64,000 nt of DNA, taken from a virus. The notes under the pieces were generated by a model. It was not told the DNA's origin and ran no database searches. It saw only the letters and a list, made by a program, of their open reading frames with translations. Shown one piece after another: positions 18,936 to 28,706 of this stretch. The stretch's first letter is position 1, and every line of letters begins with the position of its first letter. The stretch is from the IMG/VR virus record IMGVR_UViG_3300047368_000327, positions 1 through 64,000 of that record; one strand, given 5' to 3'. The position numbers were made by a program, and so were the translations under genes.

Positions 18936-20321
18936 ATGAGCTTTATAAACGAAGAATCTGGAATATGCCTTTCTCCTACTGGGGAGACGGTTTTAGCTGG
19001 ATGTGATTATATAATCAACGAAAATGGCTTAAGTTACATAAATACTGAGTACCCAAAAAGAATCTTGCCCGAGGGGGGTTGTAAGCCTATTACGGAATTT
19101 AATTGTGGAGATATAGATAGAGTAACTGTTGACAGCGGGAAGTTTGTGACAATAATAAATACTTGTACTTTACCCTTAACGATAACCGGATTTAAAAATA
19201 GTAACCCCGAAAGGTTTTCTGTATTTAAGTACCCAGATTATTCGGGCTTCTCTGAATACACAACTGGAAATACAGAAGAGTTACCTATAACTATAGAGCC
19301 TTATCAAAGGATTAATATTGATACGTTTTTTCACCCTTTATATTCTGAGCTTTTAAGTGGTAACGCTGGGACTTTAGATGGTAGAAGTGGAGATAAATTC
19401 GAATCAACCTTTGATATTTTGCCTGGGTTTGAAATTATAAACTGCAAAGAAGACCCAATAACATCTATATTATGGTGGGAAGAAAATCAAGATTGTGATT
19501 TAGTATTATCTAGCAAAGCTATAAAGTCATCAAATCCTGCAATGCAATTATTTGAAGAATCTGGAAATGATTCTTATGTTGTTAGAGATGAGGCTTATTT
19601 CTCTACAACAGAGGACGCCCAATATTTTGAGCAGAAAAACCCTGAAGATGTGGTCGTTAAGTTTTCTTCTAACGCAACTTCTTCTTATTGTTCTGCTAGT
19701 TTTAAGCTAGAAGGAGAGCTTATATGCTATCCAATAGATAAGCAGTGGATGCTAAATACTGGAAATTTTATTGAGCCAGATTTATCGACATTAGCAACTA
19801 TTCAGAATCAGTTTTTCTTAAACAAGAAAAAGACTTTGGAAATAAATACATCCGACGAAGTATCGGTGCCGAATATTTTTGTAGGACTAAGAGATGTTTC
19901 TTTGGCTTATGCGTCCATGCTTGAGAATATGAGTCCTGACTGGTATGAATCTTATGGAAACCTTGCGATATCTGGATCCCTTGGTGTGTTCAATTCTTTA
20001 ATTAATCAATTGATTCAGGCTGGACAAGATAATAATATAGATAATTTACTTCAATCTTCATTAGCTCCAACAAATGTGAGCTACGACAATAAGACAATAC
20101 AGGTATCCTATGAGAGTAATAACTCGGAGGTGATTGAAATTGATGGAAGCTCATGGACGGGAATGCAAATAAAAACTGACCCTATTGAAGACGCAGGAGA
20201 TTTATACAATCAGACAGTATTCTTTAATGCAGAAATAGTTCCTGGGCCCCAAAAAGATGCAAGAATGTTTATAGTTGATAGTGGTGATTATAACGCTTAC
20301 CCAATGAAAGAAGTATTATGA
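18936..20321 (+). CDS. Hypothetical virion/tail protein (acidic, Ig-like N-terminal part)
   Basis: 461-aa ORF in the tail operon. Shares QYFE/FEESG motifs with the upstream gene. Confidence 0.45.
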   Translation: MSFINEESGICLSPTGETVLAGCDYIINENGLSYINTEYPKRILPEGGCKPITEFNCGDIDRVTVDSGKFVTIINTCTLPLTITGFKNSNPERFSVFKYPDYSGFSEYTTGNTEELPITIEPYQRINIDTFFHPLYSELLSGNAGTLDGRSGDKFESTFDILPGFEIINCKEDPITSILWWEENQDCDLVLSSKAIKSSNPAMQLFEESGNDSYVVRDEAYFSTTEDAQYFEQKNPEDVVVKFSSNATSSYCSASFKLEGELICYPIDKQWMLNTGNFIEPDLSTLATIQNQFFLNKKKTLEINTSDEVSVPNIFVGLRDVSLAYASMLENMSPDWYESYGNLAISGSLGVFNSLINQLIQAGQDNNIDNLLQSSLAPTNVSYDNKTIQVSYESNNSEVIEIDGSSWTGMQIKTDPIEDAGDLYNQTVFFNAEIVPGPQKDARMFIVDSGDYNAYPMKEVL

Positions 20322-21517
20322 ATATTTACAATATGTCATCCGGTGACAACGACCCCAATAATGATTTTATTAGAATGCAAGTAGCTATGGAGGCAAATTC
20401 TTACTCGAGCATCAGGATTTATAATAGCGGAGGATCTGGGGTACTCGAGTACGACACTAACTCTGATTACGCTTGGAAAGTTGAAAGGGTTAAATATATA
20501 TCAGAAGAGATAGTGCCATTAGAAGCTTCTCAATTTCAGAAGGTTGGGTACCCTAATTCGATAGCTTGGGCGCCTGGAAGCTCTTTGTGCTCGCTTTCTA
20601 ATTTCAGCGGAATAGAAGTTGGGCAATTAAAACCTTTAACAAAAAAAGAAGAGTTAGATGAATTGAATTACGTTAAATCTGGATACATTTTTATCGAGGA
20701 TTATTATGAAAGCGGATGGAGCCCTCAGGGGTTAATTCAAGTTTCTAATGTATATTCAAACCAGGGAAACATGCCGTTTGTTGACATAAGAAACAACGAT
20801 GTGGCTTCCACTGGAATAATAAACATATATTCTTCTTCTCTTGATGGGTGCGTTTTTAGCATTGACTTGAAGAGAAATTTCATAAGCGGTCAAGCTGATG
20901 ATATTGGGAGCGTCTTGCTTCCTGAGGAATTTAAGCCTGTATATAGTCAATCTGTCAAATTTAGCGATACGTACAAAGAGTGGGATAGTATATTTGATCT
21001 GAACGAAGATTGTAACGCTGACTCAATATTTAGGAATGGGAGAAATAGGGACGAAGCGTTTTCTCAAGAGATGGAAGAATATTTAAACAAAAATTGGTAC
21101 GACAAGTTAAAAAGAAATCTATGGGGAAAGTTTATCGATGACGAAAATGTTAATTTAAGTTCAAGAGATCCAGAGATTCTAAAAAATCATATATTTTATT
21201 GCTTCTACTACTTTGGTGCATCAGATGATATTTACAATTTATCAGCCGCAAACAATATGAATGCTAGGTGGCACATAGATGTAGGCGGAAAGAGCCTTTT
21301 TTCTGAAAACAGAAGGGTAATAAATCTACAGAACTCCTACTTGCCCGTAATAAAACAAACCAAGCCAGTTAGTAGGGTGTATGGCTTACCTCCCAGAACG
21401 GCATACACATATAACCTGCAAAACAATATAAACATATCTGATTTCGTAGGCTCCATCAATGCAGATGGAACAACAAATCCAAATGGCTCAAGCAATAGTA
21501 ATTTTAATAATTATTAA
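20318..21517 (+). CDS. Hypothetical tail-operon protein
   Basis: 399-aa ORF with ATGA overlap. No family recognised. Confidence 0.45.
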   Translation: MNIYNMSSGDNDPNNDFIRMQVAMEANSYSSIRIYNSGGSGVLEYDTNSDYAWKVERVKYISEEIVPLEASQFQKVGYPNSIAWAPGSSLCSLSNFSGIEVGQLKPLTKKEELDELNYVKSGYIFIEDYYESGWSPQGLIQVSNVYSNQGNMPFVDIRNNDVASTGIINIYSSSLDGCVFSIDLKRNFISGQADDIGSVLLPEEFKPVYSQSVKFSDTYKEWDSIFDLNEDCNADSIFRNGRNRDEAFSQEMEEYLNKNWYDKLKRNLWGKFIDDENVNLSSRDPEILKNHIFYCFYYFGASDDIYNLSAANNMNARWHIDVGGKSLFSENRRVINLQNSYLPVIKQTKPVSRVYGLPPRTAYTYNLQNNINISDFVGSINADGTTNPNGSSNSNFNNY

Positions 21518-21519
21518 TC

Positions 21520-22554
21520 ATGAAAAATACAGAAAAAAACATTAAATCTTTATTTGAATTAGATCCTTCTGCAATAATATGTTTGTATAAAATTAATCTT
21601 CGAGAGAAAGGTCAATATTTATTTCATGCTGGAGAAAATGGATATAAAAATAAGCTAGTATTTGATGGGCAGGAGTATGATTTTTTCCCAATCAGGGCTG
21701 AAGGTTTTGAGATGCATGGAGATGGTAGGTTGCCTAGACCTAAATTAACTTTTACTAATCATCAGGGGGTAATTTCATTGCGCCTTAACTACTTTGACGA
21801 CTTTATAAATTACAAAGTAACAAGAATAAAAACATTCGTTAAATATTTAGACTCAGTTAATTTTCCTAATAATGTAAACCCACATGCTGAGCCTGATCCG
21901 GAAGCAGCCTTCGGGGAAGACGTTTTCTTTGTTAATCAAAAAATAAAAGAAGACGATAATATTGTGCAGTTCGAGTTGGTTTCGCTTATGGAACTCCAGA
22001 ATGCAAAAGTGCCAGCTAGAACTGTTTACTCTAATAATTGCCCATGGCAGTATAGGGGGGATATAGGGTGCGGGTATAAAGGCAAGCCAATATCTGATAC
22101 AAAAAATAAGAGATTCGTGCAAAGCGGTTACAATGAAAACATGGTTGGGAGTGATACTTATTTTAGTGGAGAATTTAATAATCAAGAGTTTGCTAAGCTC
22201 GAAGAAGGAGGAGTCTATCCAGACTGGGAAATAACTAGCACATACTCTAGAGGTGATGCTGTTAAGCTAGTCCCATTTGACCACGACTCTTCACTGAATC
22301 CCATAGATATATATGTATGCCTTAATGACGGAGTTAGGTCGAACCCGGTTTACGATACAGAGAACTGGGTGCTAGATGATTGCGATAGAACTTTATGTGG
22401 TTGTAGGCTTAGATTTTCTGACGCAGCTACAGGAGCAGGAGGAGGAAAAAGAATTAGTACAAATCCAACAAGCGAGGATTCATTCTGGACAGAGTCTGAG
22501 GAAGGAATACCTTTTGGAGGTTTTCCTGGTGTCGACCCTTATGAATTTAAGTAG
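21520..22554 (+). CDS. Minor tail protein L (lambda gpL-like, Fe-S-binding tail tip protein)
   Basis: FPIRAEGFEMHGDGRLPRPKLTFTN; Cys set CPWQYRGDIGCGY...CDRTLCGCRLRF; C-terminal PFGGFPG. Confidence 0.9.
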   Translation: MKNTEKNIKSLFELDPSAIICLYKINLREKGQYLFHAGENGYKNKLVFDGQEYDFFPIRAEGFEMHGDGRLPRPKLTFTNHQGVISLRLNYFDDFINYKVTRIKTFVKYLDSVNFPNNVNPHAEPDPEAAFGEDVFFVNQKIKEDDNIVQFELVSLMELQNAKVPARTVYSNNCPWQYRGDIGCGYKGKPISDTKNKRFVQSGYNENMVGSDTYFSGEFNNQEFAKLEEGGVYPDWEITSTYSRGDAVKLVPFDHDSSLNPIDIYVCLNDGVRSNPVYDTENWVLDDCDRTLCGCRLRFSDAATGAGGGKRISTNPTSEDSFWTESEEGIPFGGFPGVDPYEFK

Positions 22555-23268
22555 ATGTTTGAGGCGCAAATAGTTAACCATGCAGAGAGTAACCCTGATG
22601 AAGAAGTATGTGGTTTTATTTTATTAAATAAAGATTTAACTATTTCTGTAGAAAGAGCTGTTAATGAACACTTGGAGCCAAGAGACTGCTTTACTATATC
22701 TCCTTCTAAGTTTTTGAAGTATAGTATTCAGAAAAACATTATAGGAATATACCACTCTCACCCAAGGAGTAATGAGAATCCATCGAAGCCTGACATTGCC
22801 ATGTCTGAAGAAATGGGTATACCTTATTTAATTTATAGTTTAATTACTAAAAAATTTTATTTATATTATCCTGAAAGTTATAATACTAATATGCTTACTG
22901 GTAGACCTTATATAAAAGGATTTTTTGAATGTACTTGTATGTTTAAAGATTATTTTAAAAAAGAATTAAATATAAACATATCTAAATGGAATAAAAACTA
23001 CTGGCTTCCAAAAGAAGATAAAGAAGCAAATAAACTATTATTAAAAATATTAAATAAAAACTTAATAGAGATAAAAGATAAAAAATTAAATAAACATGAT
23101 GTATTAGTGTTTGAGGTTAAGAAGGGTAGAAGATTTCATGTTGGTATATATACTGGTGATGATTATTTTATCCATCAAGCTGAGGGGGTTTTATCGCGCC
23201 GAGAATTACTTGATGAACGCTGGCAATCCAAAATAAAAGAAGTGTACAGGCATGCTTCGTTAGTGTAA
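22555..23268 (+). CDS. Tail assembly protein K (JAB/MPN + NlpC/P60)
   Basis: JAB motif EEVCG...YHSHP...PSKPD. NlpC/P60 motif GRPY..GFFEC...HVGIY...FIH. Follows gpL. Confidence 0.88.
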   Translation: MFEAQIVNHAESNPDEEVCGFILLNKDLTISVERAVNEHLEPRDCFTISPSKFLKYSIQKNIIGIYHSHPRSNENPSKPDIAMSEEMGIPYLIYSLITKKFYLYYPESYNTNMLTGRPYIKGFFECTCMFKDYFKKELNINISKWNKNYWLPKEDKEANKLLLKILNKNLIEIKDKKLNKHDVLVFEVKKGRRFHVGIYTGDDYFIHQAEGVLSRRELLDERWQSKIKEVYRHASLV

Positions 23269-23285
23269 ATATATTAGGTAAAAGG

Positions 23286-26200
23286 ATGAAAAAGGTATTT
23301 CTACATGGAGAGCTTGGAGAGAAGTTTGGCAAGGAGTGGGATCTAGATGTAGATTCTCCTTTCGAGGCTGTCTCAGCCCTGTTCGCAAATCACCAAGAAA
23401 TAGAGATATACTTAAACAGTAAAGAAAAGCAAGGGGTTAACTACGGTATAAAAAAAATGCCCAAAGGTGATTTTATCGAGCAAATAGATTACTCTTTACC
23501 GACCAAAAAAGATATACATATATTCCCTATGCCGCAAGGAGCTGGATTTGCGGGTGGATTACTTATGATGGCGCTACAAACTGCTGCCAGTATGTATGTG
23601 TCCAGTAAGTTGGCAGAAGCAATGGAGAGGGACGACTCCACTTTAGCGATGCAAACTGAATCTTTTATATTTAATGGCGGCGAAAATAGATACCAACAAG
23701 GTTCATCTGTACCGGTTGGTTACGGTAGAATGAAAATTGGAAGTAATGTTGTGTCCGCATGTACTGTAAATTACAATTATGATGCAGAAAAGGGTAAAGT
23801 TTTAAGTTTTGATGATGGCCTTTGTAGCCTTGTCCCTGAATATAGTAAATATTATAATCCAGAAGCTGGTTATCTATTATCTTCTCTTGCAAATAATTTA
23901 TTTGATGGTAATAGCGAATTTAAGGCTTCAGACCCGGCCTATCAATTTTTAAAAGAGTCTTTACCTAATACATATTTCGGTGCAAACGATGGGATATTCG
24001 GAAATTATATAGACGCTGACGAACAAAGAAAATCCATAACCACAGTAAAAAGAATTGAAAAGCAAGGTAATTTTGTGGCTGGTTATTTTTATTATGAATA
24101 CAATTGGTTAAAGGGCGTTAATATAGGAAAAATGGGCGTAGTTGGAGAAGAGGGCAACTGGACTACTTTAACTAAATCGGACCCTGGGTCCAGCTATAAA
24201 GTTAAGGAATCTGACGCTCTTAGTAGTTCATATATATGTATACAAAGTGTGCCTCAACCTAGCGACAGCTATGGTGAAAAAGAATTTTACCCAATATCTT
24301 TTGCGAAAGAGGGAGAGTTGGAATATATAGCTGGAAAAGACCAGTCAATTTTTAAAGGATACTTCCCTATATCGGTTGGGCAAAGATGGCGGAATGCTAA
24401 CAAGAATGATGGGGTTGGTTGGTTTAAGCTTGAATCTGCTTCTATATATAAAGCAATAGATTTGGTTTGCGAAGGCTCGATAGAAGGGTTTTGCGATAAA
24501 AACGGAGAAACTTTAAAGTTTAATAAGAATGCAGAAAAAATAGATGACCCTAATGACCCTAAGTTTTTAAGGAATACTGGAGACGATTATTTGCAGGGTG
24601 TAATCCTGGACGATTCACAGGTTAAAGAGGTCAATTTGAATACAAATAAAGACGCATACAACATCAATGAATTTGATATAGATGTGGCCCAAAATAGGAA
24701 TGAGGTTATAGGTGCGGATGATCAATCTCTTTTAGAGCCCCAATACTTGTTTACTGCGAGCACTAAAGATATTAACGCGCCCCTTTATGGGCCGCGAGAG
24801 ATAAACGTAGCGAATATAACAAGCAATCCTAATGATCTAGAGGCATTCCAAAAGAACAAGCCTTACGCACAGGGAGATTATGTATCCTACCAGGAGGGCG
24901 GTGGAGAGAAATATACATACAAAATAAATTCAAGTTTAAATAATTTGTTCAATAGATACGGAAATCATAATTACCAAAATGACGATACCGAAATTACTTA
25001 TATACTTAACGGTGAGCTTGCGGAGTTTTATTTAACTACCGAAGCTATAAACCAATACCAAGTATTTTCAGGCGAGTACGTTAACCTTCAGGAGAATAAG
25101 CTGTATCAGCAGGGAGATAAAATTAGATCCAAGAAGTATGATGGAGGTATGGGTTATTACGAAATGGGGGCAGATGCTGATGATTTCATTGGCATTTTTG
25201 ATGAAGATTCAATTTATCAAAATCAGCAGAATAAAGTCATAATGAGGAGCTTGTCTAATGCGGCAAATACCGACTCTCCTATATATAAAATAACGGGAGA
25301 CTATGAACCGGGCAAAGAAATAGATATGGGGGGAGGCGTTTCTAGGACCATGGGTTTTATTGATTTTACGCAGCAATTATCAGCTAAAGACTTGGAGGGC
25401 AATAAGGAGGTAACCACGGACCCAATATATATATTAAAAAACACCGAAGATCAAGACATTAAAAACAAGGATTGGTATTCTGAGATAGATGTAACCCCAG
25501 GTATTGTGGTAGGATTATGGCAATCTATAAAAATAAACGGAGTAAAAGATATAAAGAATGGGCCGGGGGGACCAGGTGTAGAAGGAGAAGATAGGCGGGA
25601 TTTAATAAATAAGATATTTTTATTAGGGGGCACCGCAGATCAAGAGTCGATTCGCTCTTCTGAAGAAGAATATTATGTTAGTCATACTATAATCAATTCC
25701 TTGGTGGAGGAGGTTTATGTAACTATACAGATTGACGAGTTAGCTTACATTTATGAAGGGGATACTGTAGACGTAACCTATAAAATAGGAAAGCTTTGGA
25801 CGTGGATAATGAGAGCCTACCAAGCTTACCATCTTTATTTAGCCGGTGTGGCAGCAAAGGGCGCAATTGAATCAATAGGGCTTGCGGCTGACGCAATGAA
25901 GGTTATGCCTCCAATGGTGGTGGCAGCAGGCATACATAAAAACGTGGCAAAAACAGAAGCTATGACGGCCTTACAACAAGCCGCAATAATTGCAGCAATA
26001 GAAGTGGTACTTGGCTTCATAGATCCAGATGACGGATGGAAGATTGGTACTAAAATAGAAAATGCAGGAGAAATATGGCCAGACAAAGCTAGGTTTAGGA
26101 TAAAGTATGGAAACGAAGGAGAGGTTCCTTATTCTACAGACGTATACATTTACGGAGTCGCAACTTCTCCCTATAGGAAAGATATAAAGATATATCTTCC

Positions 26201-28706
26201 ACCGAACCCTTCGAGGAAAGATAGAAATATTAAGGTTTATAAGCTTAATAGAGAAAGAAACCCAGTAAAAGAGGGCGAGCAAGCGGCTAGATATAAAGAG
26301 AGATTTTCACTTGCGGGGATTACAGAAATAACTCCAGTTCAGTTGAGTTATCCAAATTCGGTTGTCATTGGTACTAGGGTTAATGCAAGAGATGTAGCTT
26401 CAATACCAAAAAGAAACTACCATTTGAAACTAAAGAAAGTTGCAGTTCCAAGTAATTATAACCCAAAAACAAGGCAGTACGATGGAAACTGGGACGGAAG
26501 ATTCATTGGTCAAGCCTCTAAGGGTGACTCAGTCCCTGAAGAAGCGAAGCTCTGGACCGATAATCCCGCTTGGTGTTTGTATGATTTAATATCTAACAAG
26601 AGGTATGGGGTTGGGAAGTTTGGAATAAAGCCTGAAAATATAGATAGATGGACCCTTTATAAGATAGCAAAATATTGCGATCAATTTGTTCCTAGTGGGT
26701 ATTCATCTAAATACCCAAAAAGAAATTTCATAACATCAGGAAACAATACTATAAAAATAACTGCAGATAATTATGACGCAGCAGATTTCAATAGAGAGTT
26801 TGGCTATGCTAATAAACAATTAGCCTTTTACTACAACCATGGATTGTATGAATCTATTAAAATAGAAGGTACATCTCAATCTGGAAACACAATAACCTTA
26901 GAGAGGGAGCCCTCTCAGGAGTTTGGAACTTGCGCTGTGGAAATTGACTATCCTCTTGTTGAGCCGAGGTATACTTTAAACGCATTTTTAATGAACCCGC
27001 AGAATGCCTTCAAGTTGATTAACGAATTTGCGTCTATATTTAGAGCTTACGCCTATTGGTCTGGAGGGGCAATAAACTTTTTTCAAGATGAGAAGAAAGA
27101 TTCTGTTATGCTTTTTGGCAATAATAATATATCTAAAGAGGGTTTCTCTTATTCTAGTACGCCGAAAACTAGCAGAACTAACGCCTGTAAGATAAAATAT
27201 GTAGACAAGTATAATATGTTTAGGGCTAAAATGGAGTATTCGGAGGACAGAAAGGCGATACAAGAGAATAGCATGATAGAGCAAACCATAGATGGCTTTG
27301 GAATAACTTCGCAATCTCAGGCAAAAAGAGCTGCGGACTTTATTGTAAAAACAGCTAATATGGAATCTGAAATTTTATCTTTTACGACTAGTTCTCTTGG
27401 TTCATATTTGAAGCCTGGCGACGTAATAGATGTACTTGACAATAAAAGAACAATAGGAAGGTTTGCTGGAAAAGTGGTTGATGTTCATGTGAATGGTGAC
27501 GGCAAAACAGCTGAAATAATAATAGATTATCCAATCAGGACTATAATAGACTCAGACGATAATGATACTTGGAAGAGTATAAGCCTGTATAATTTATCAG
27601 GGAACCAGACCATCGAATCATTAGATGAAATAGGGACGCCAACAGATGATGATATAGAAAACATGAGATCTTCTCAGATAAAAGATTTTGTAGTATACGG
27701 TATATCCGAGAATGATACAAAATTAAAACTACTAAACAATCCATACAGTTTAGTTACGGGAGAATACACTTGGGTAGAAGCCCTTAAAGACGCAGAAGAG
27801 AGAGGTGGAATACTTGCTACTGTAAACGATGAAATGGATCAAATTATGGTGCAGGCTGTAGCGCCAAAAGATAAAATGTCATGGATAGGTGGATACTTGG
27901 TTGAGGATCCTCCTCCTGAGAAATTTGTATGGCATCAGCCTCAAGCATGTGACAGTAATGAAATAACATTTTTTAGTTGGGCTGATGGTTATCCTAGGCT
28001 GGCTAAAGAGCTGCAAACAGATTTATTAGATTCAGAGAACATATTAATAACAGATCATATGTGTGGAATGGGTGGTGAGCTTAAGATAACTGCAGACTCG
28101 GAATTCCCTGGAGAAAATTTTATAGCTGTAAGCGGGTCTCAGGATAGCTCTATTCATGCAGACTGGGTCACGTTAAGCGGTGATACAAAACTTGGTTATA
28201 TTCTAGAAAAACAAGCAGATGAGACTTTATTTAAAATAAGAGGAATAGAAGGAACCACCTTCATTCTTGAAGACACCGTTAATTTAGCGGAGCCAAATAA
28301 ATACAAAATAATAAACATTACCGAATCCTCAAATGGAGTTTTCCAGATTCAGGGGGTTGAATATAACGAAGATAAGTTTGATAATATAGAGAAGGACCTG
28401 TCTATAAAAGAACCTAAATCTCCAGTAATCTTTACTGAAAATAGCATAGATCCTCCAAAGGAAATAACAGTGGAAGTTTTGCCAGAAAATTTAAATGAAA
28501 AAATACCATACGGAATAAAGGCTTCATGGGAAATGATTGAGGCTGCAGCAAGTTATAGGGTTCAATTTTTTAACGAAAATATACTTTTGGCTACATTCGA
28601 AATACCTAACGATAAAACAGCAGGTACTATATCTCACGAATACAGAAGCGATAGAGTGGTGGAAAATGGTACTTATTACGCAAGAGTTTACTCAATAGCA
28701 AGATAA
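23286..28706 (+). CDS. Fused tail assembly protein I / tip attachment protein J with C-type lectin-like and FN3-like domains
   Basis: N-terminus is gpI-like (VFLHGELGEKFG...EAVSAL...VPVGYGRMKIGS). gpJ motifs IDLVCEGSIEG, YPNS, WTDNPAWCLYDL, GITSQSQAKR, LKPGDVI. C-type lectin-like segment TWVEA...GGILAT...WIGG...FVW. Confidence 0.88.
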   Translation: MKKVFLHGELGEKFGKEWDLDVDSPFEAVSALFANHQEIEIYLNSKEKQGVNYGIKKMPKGDFIEQIDYSLPTKKDIHIFPMPQGAGFAGGLLMMALQTAASMYVSSKLAEAMERDDSTLAMQTESFIFNGGENRYQQGSSVPVGYGRMKIGSNVVSACTVNYNYDAEKGKVLSFDDGLCSLVPEYSKYYNPEAGYLLSSLANNLFDGNSEFKASDPAYQFLKESLPNTYFGANDGIFGNYIDADEQRKSITTVKRIEKQGNFVAGYFYYEYNWLKGVNIGKMGVVGEEGNWTTLTKSDPGSSYKVKESDALSSSYICIQSVPQPSDSYGEKEFYPISFAKEGELEYIAGKDQSIFKGYFPISVGQRWRNANKNDGVGWFKLESASIYKAIDLVCEGSIEGFCDKNGETLKFNKNAEKIDDPNDPKFLRNTGDDYLQGVILDDSQVKEVNLNTNKDAYNINEFDIDVAQNRNEVIGADDQSLLEPQYLFTASTKDINAPLYGPREINVANITSNPNDLEAFQKNKPYAQGDYVSYQEGGGEKYTYKINSSLNNLFNRYGNHNYQNDDTEITYILNGELAEFYLTTEAINQYQVFSGEYVNLQENKLYQQGDKIRSKKYDGGMGYYEMGADADDFIGIFDEDSIYQNQQNKVIMRSLSNAANTDSPIYKITGDYEPGKEIDMGGGVSRTMGFIDFTQQLSAKDLEGNKEVTTDPIYILKNTEDQDIKNKDWYSEIDVTPGIVVGLWQSIKINGVKDIKNGPGGPGVEGEDRRDLINKIFLLGGTADQESIRSSEEEYYVSHTIINSLVEEVYVTIQIDELAYIYEGDTVDVTYKIGKLWTWIMRAYQAYHLYLAGVAAKGAIESIGLAADAMKVMPPMVVAAGIHKNVAKTEAMTALQQAAIIAAIEVVLGFIDPDDGWKIGTKIENAGEIWPDKARFRIKYGNEGEVPYSTDVYIYGVATSPYRKDIKIYLPPNPSRKDRNIKVYKLNRERNPVKEGEQAARYKERFSLAGITEITPVQLSYPNSVVIGTRVNARDVASIPKRNYHLKLKKVAVPSNYNPKTRQYDGNWDGRFIGQASKGDSVPEEAKLWTDNPAWCLYDLISNKRYGVGKFGIKPENIDRWTLYKIAKYCDQFVPSGYSSKYPKRNFITSGNNTIKITADNYDAADFNREFGYANKQLAFYYNHGLYESIKIEGTSQSGNTITLEREPSQEFGTCAVEIDYPLVEPRYTLNAFLMNPQNAFKLINEFASIFRAYAYWSGGAINFFQDEKKDSVMLFGNNNISKEGFSYSSTPKTSRTNACKIKYVDKYNMFRAKMEYSEDRKAIQENSMIEQTIDGFGITSQSQAKRAADFIVKTANMESEILSFTTSSLGSYLKPGDVIDVLDNKRTIGRFAGKVVDVHVNGDGKTAEIIIDYPIRTIIDSDDNDTWKSISLYNLSGNQTIESLDEIGTPTDDDIENMRSSQIKDFVVYGISENDTKLKLLNNPYSLVTGEYTWVEALKDAEERGGILATVNDEMDQIMVQAVAPKDKMSWIGGYLVEDPPPEKFVWHQPQACDSNEITFFSWADGYPRLAKELQTDLLDSENILITDHMCGMGGELKITADSEFPGENFIAVSGSQDSSIHADWVTLSGDTKLGYILEKQADETLFKIRGIEGTTFILEDTVNLAEPNKYKIINITESSNGVFQIQGVEYNEDKFDNIEKDLSIKEPKSPVIFTENSIDPPKEITVEVLPENLNEKIPYGIKASWEMIEAAASYRVQFFNENILLATFEIPNDKTAGTISHEYRSDRVVENGTYYARVYSIAR

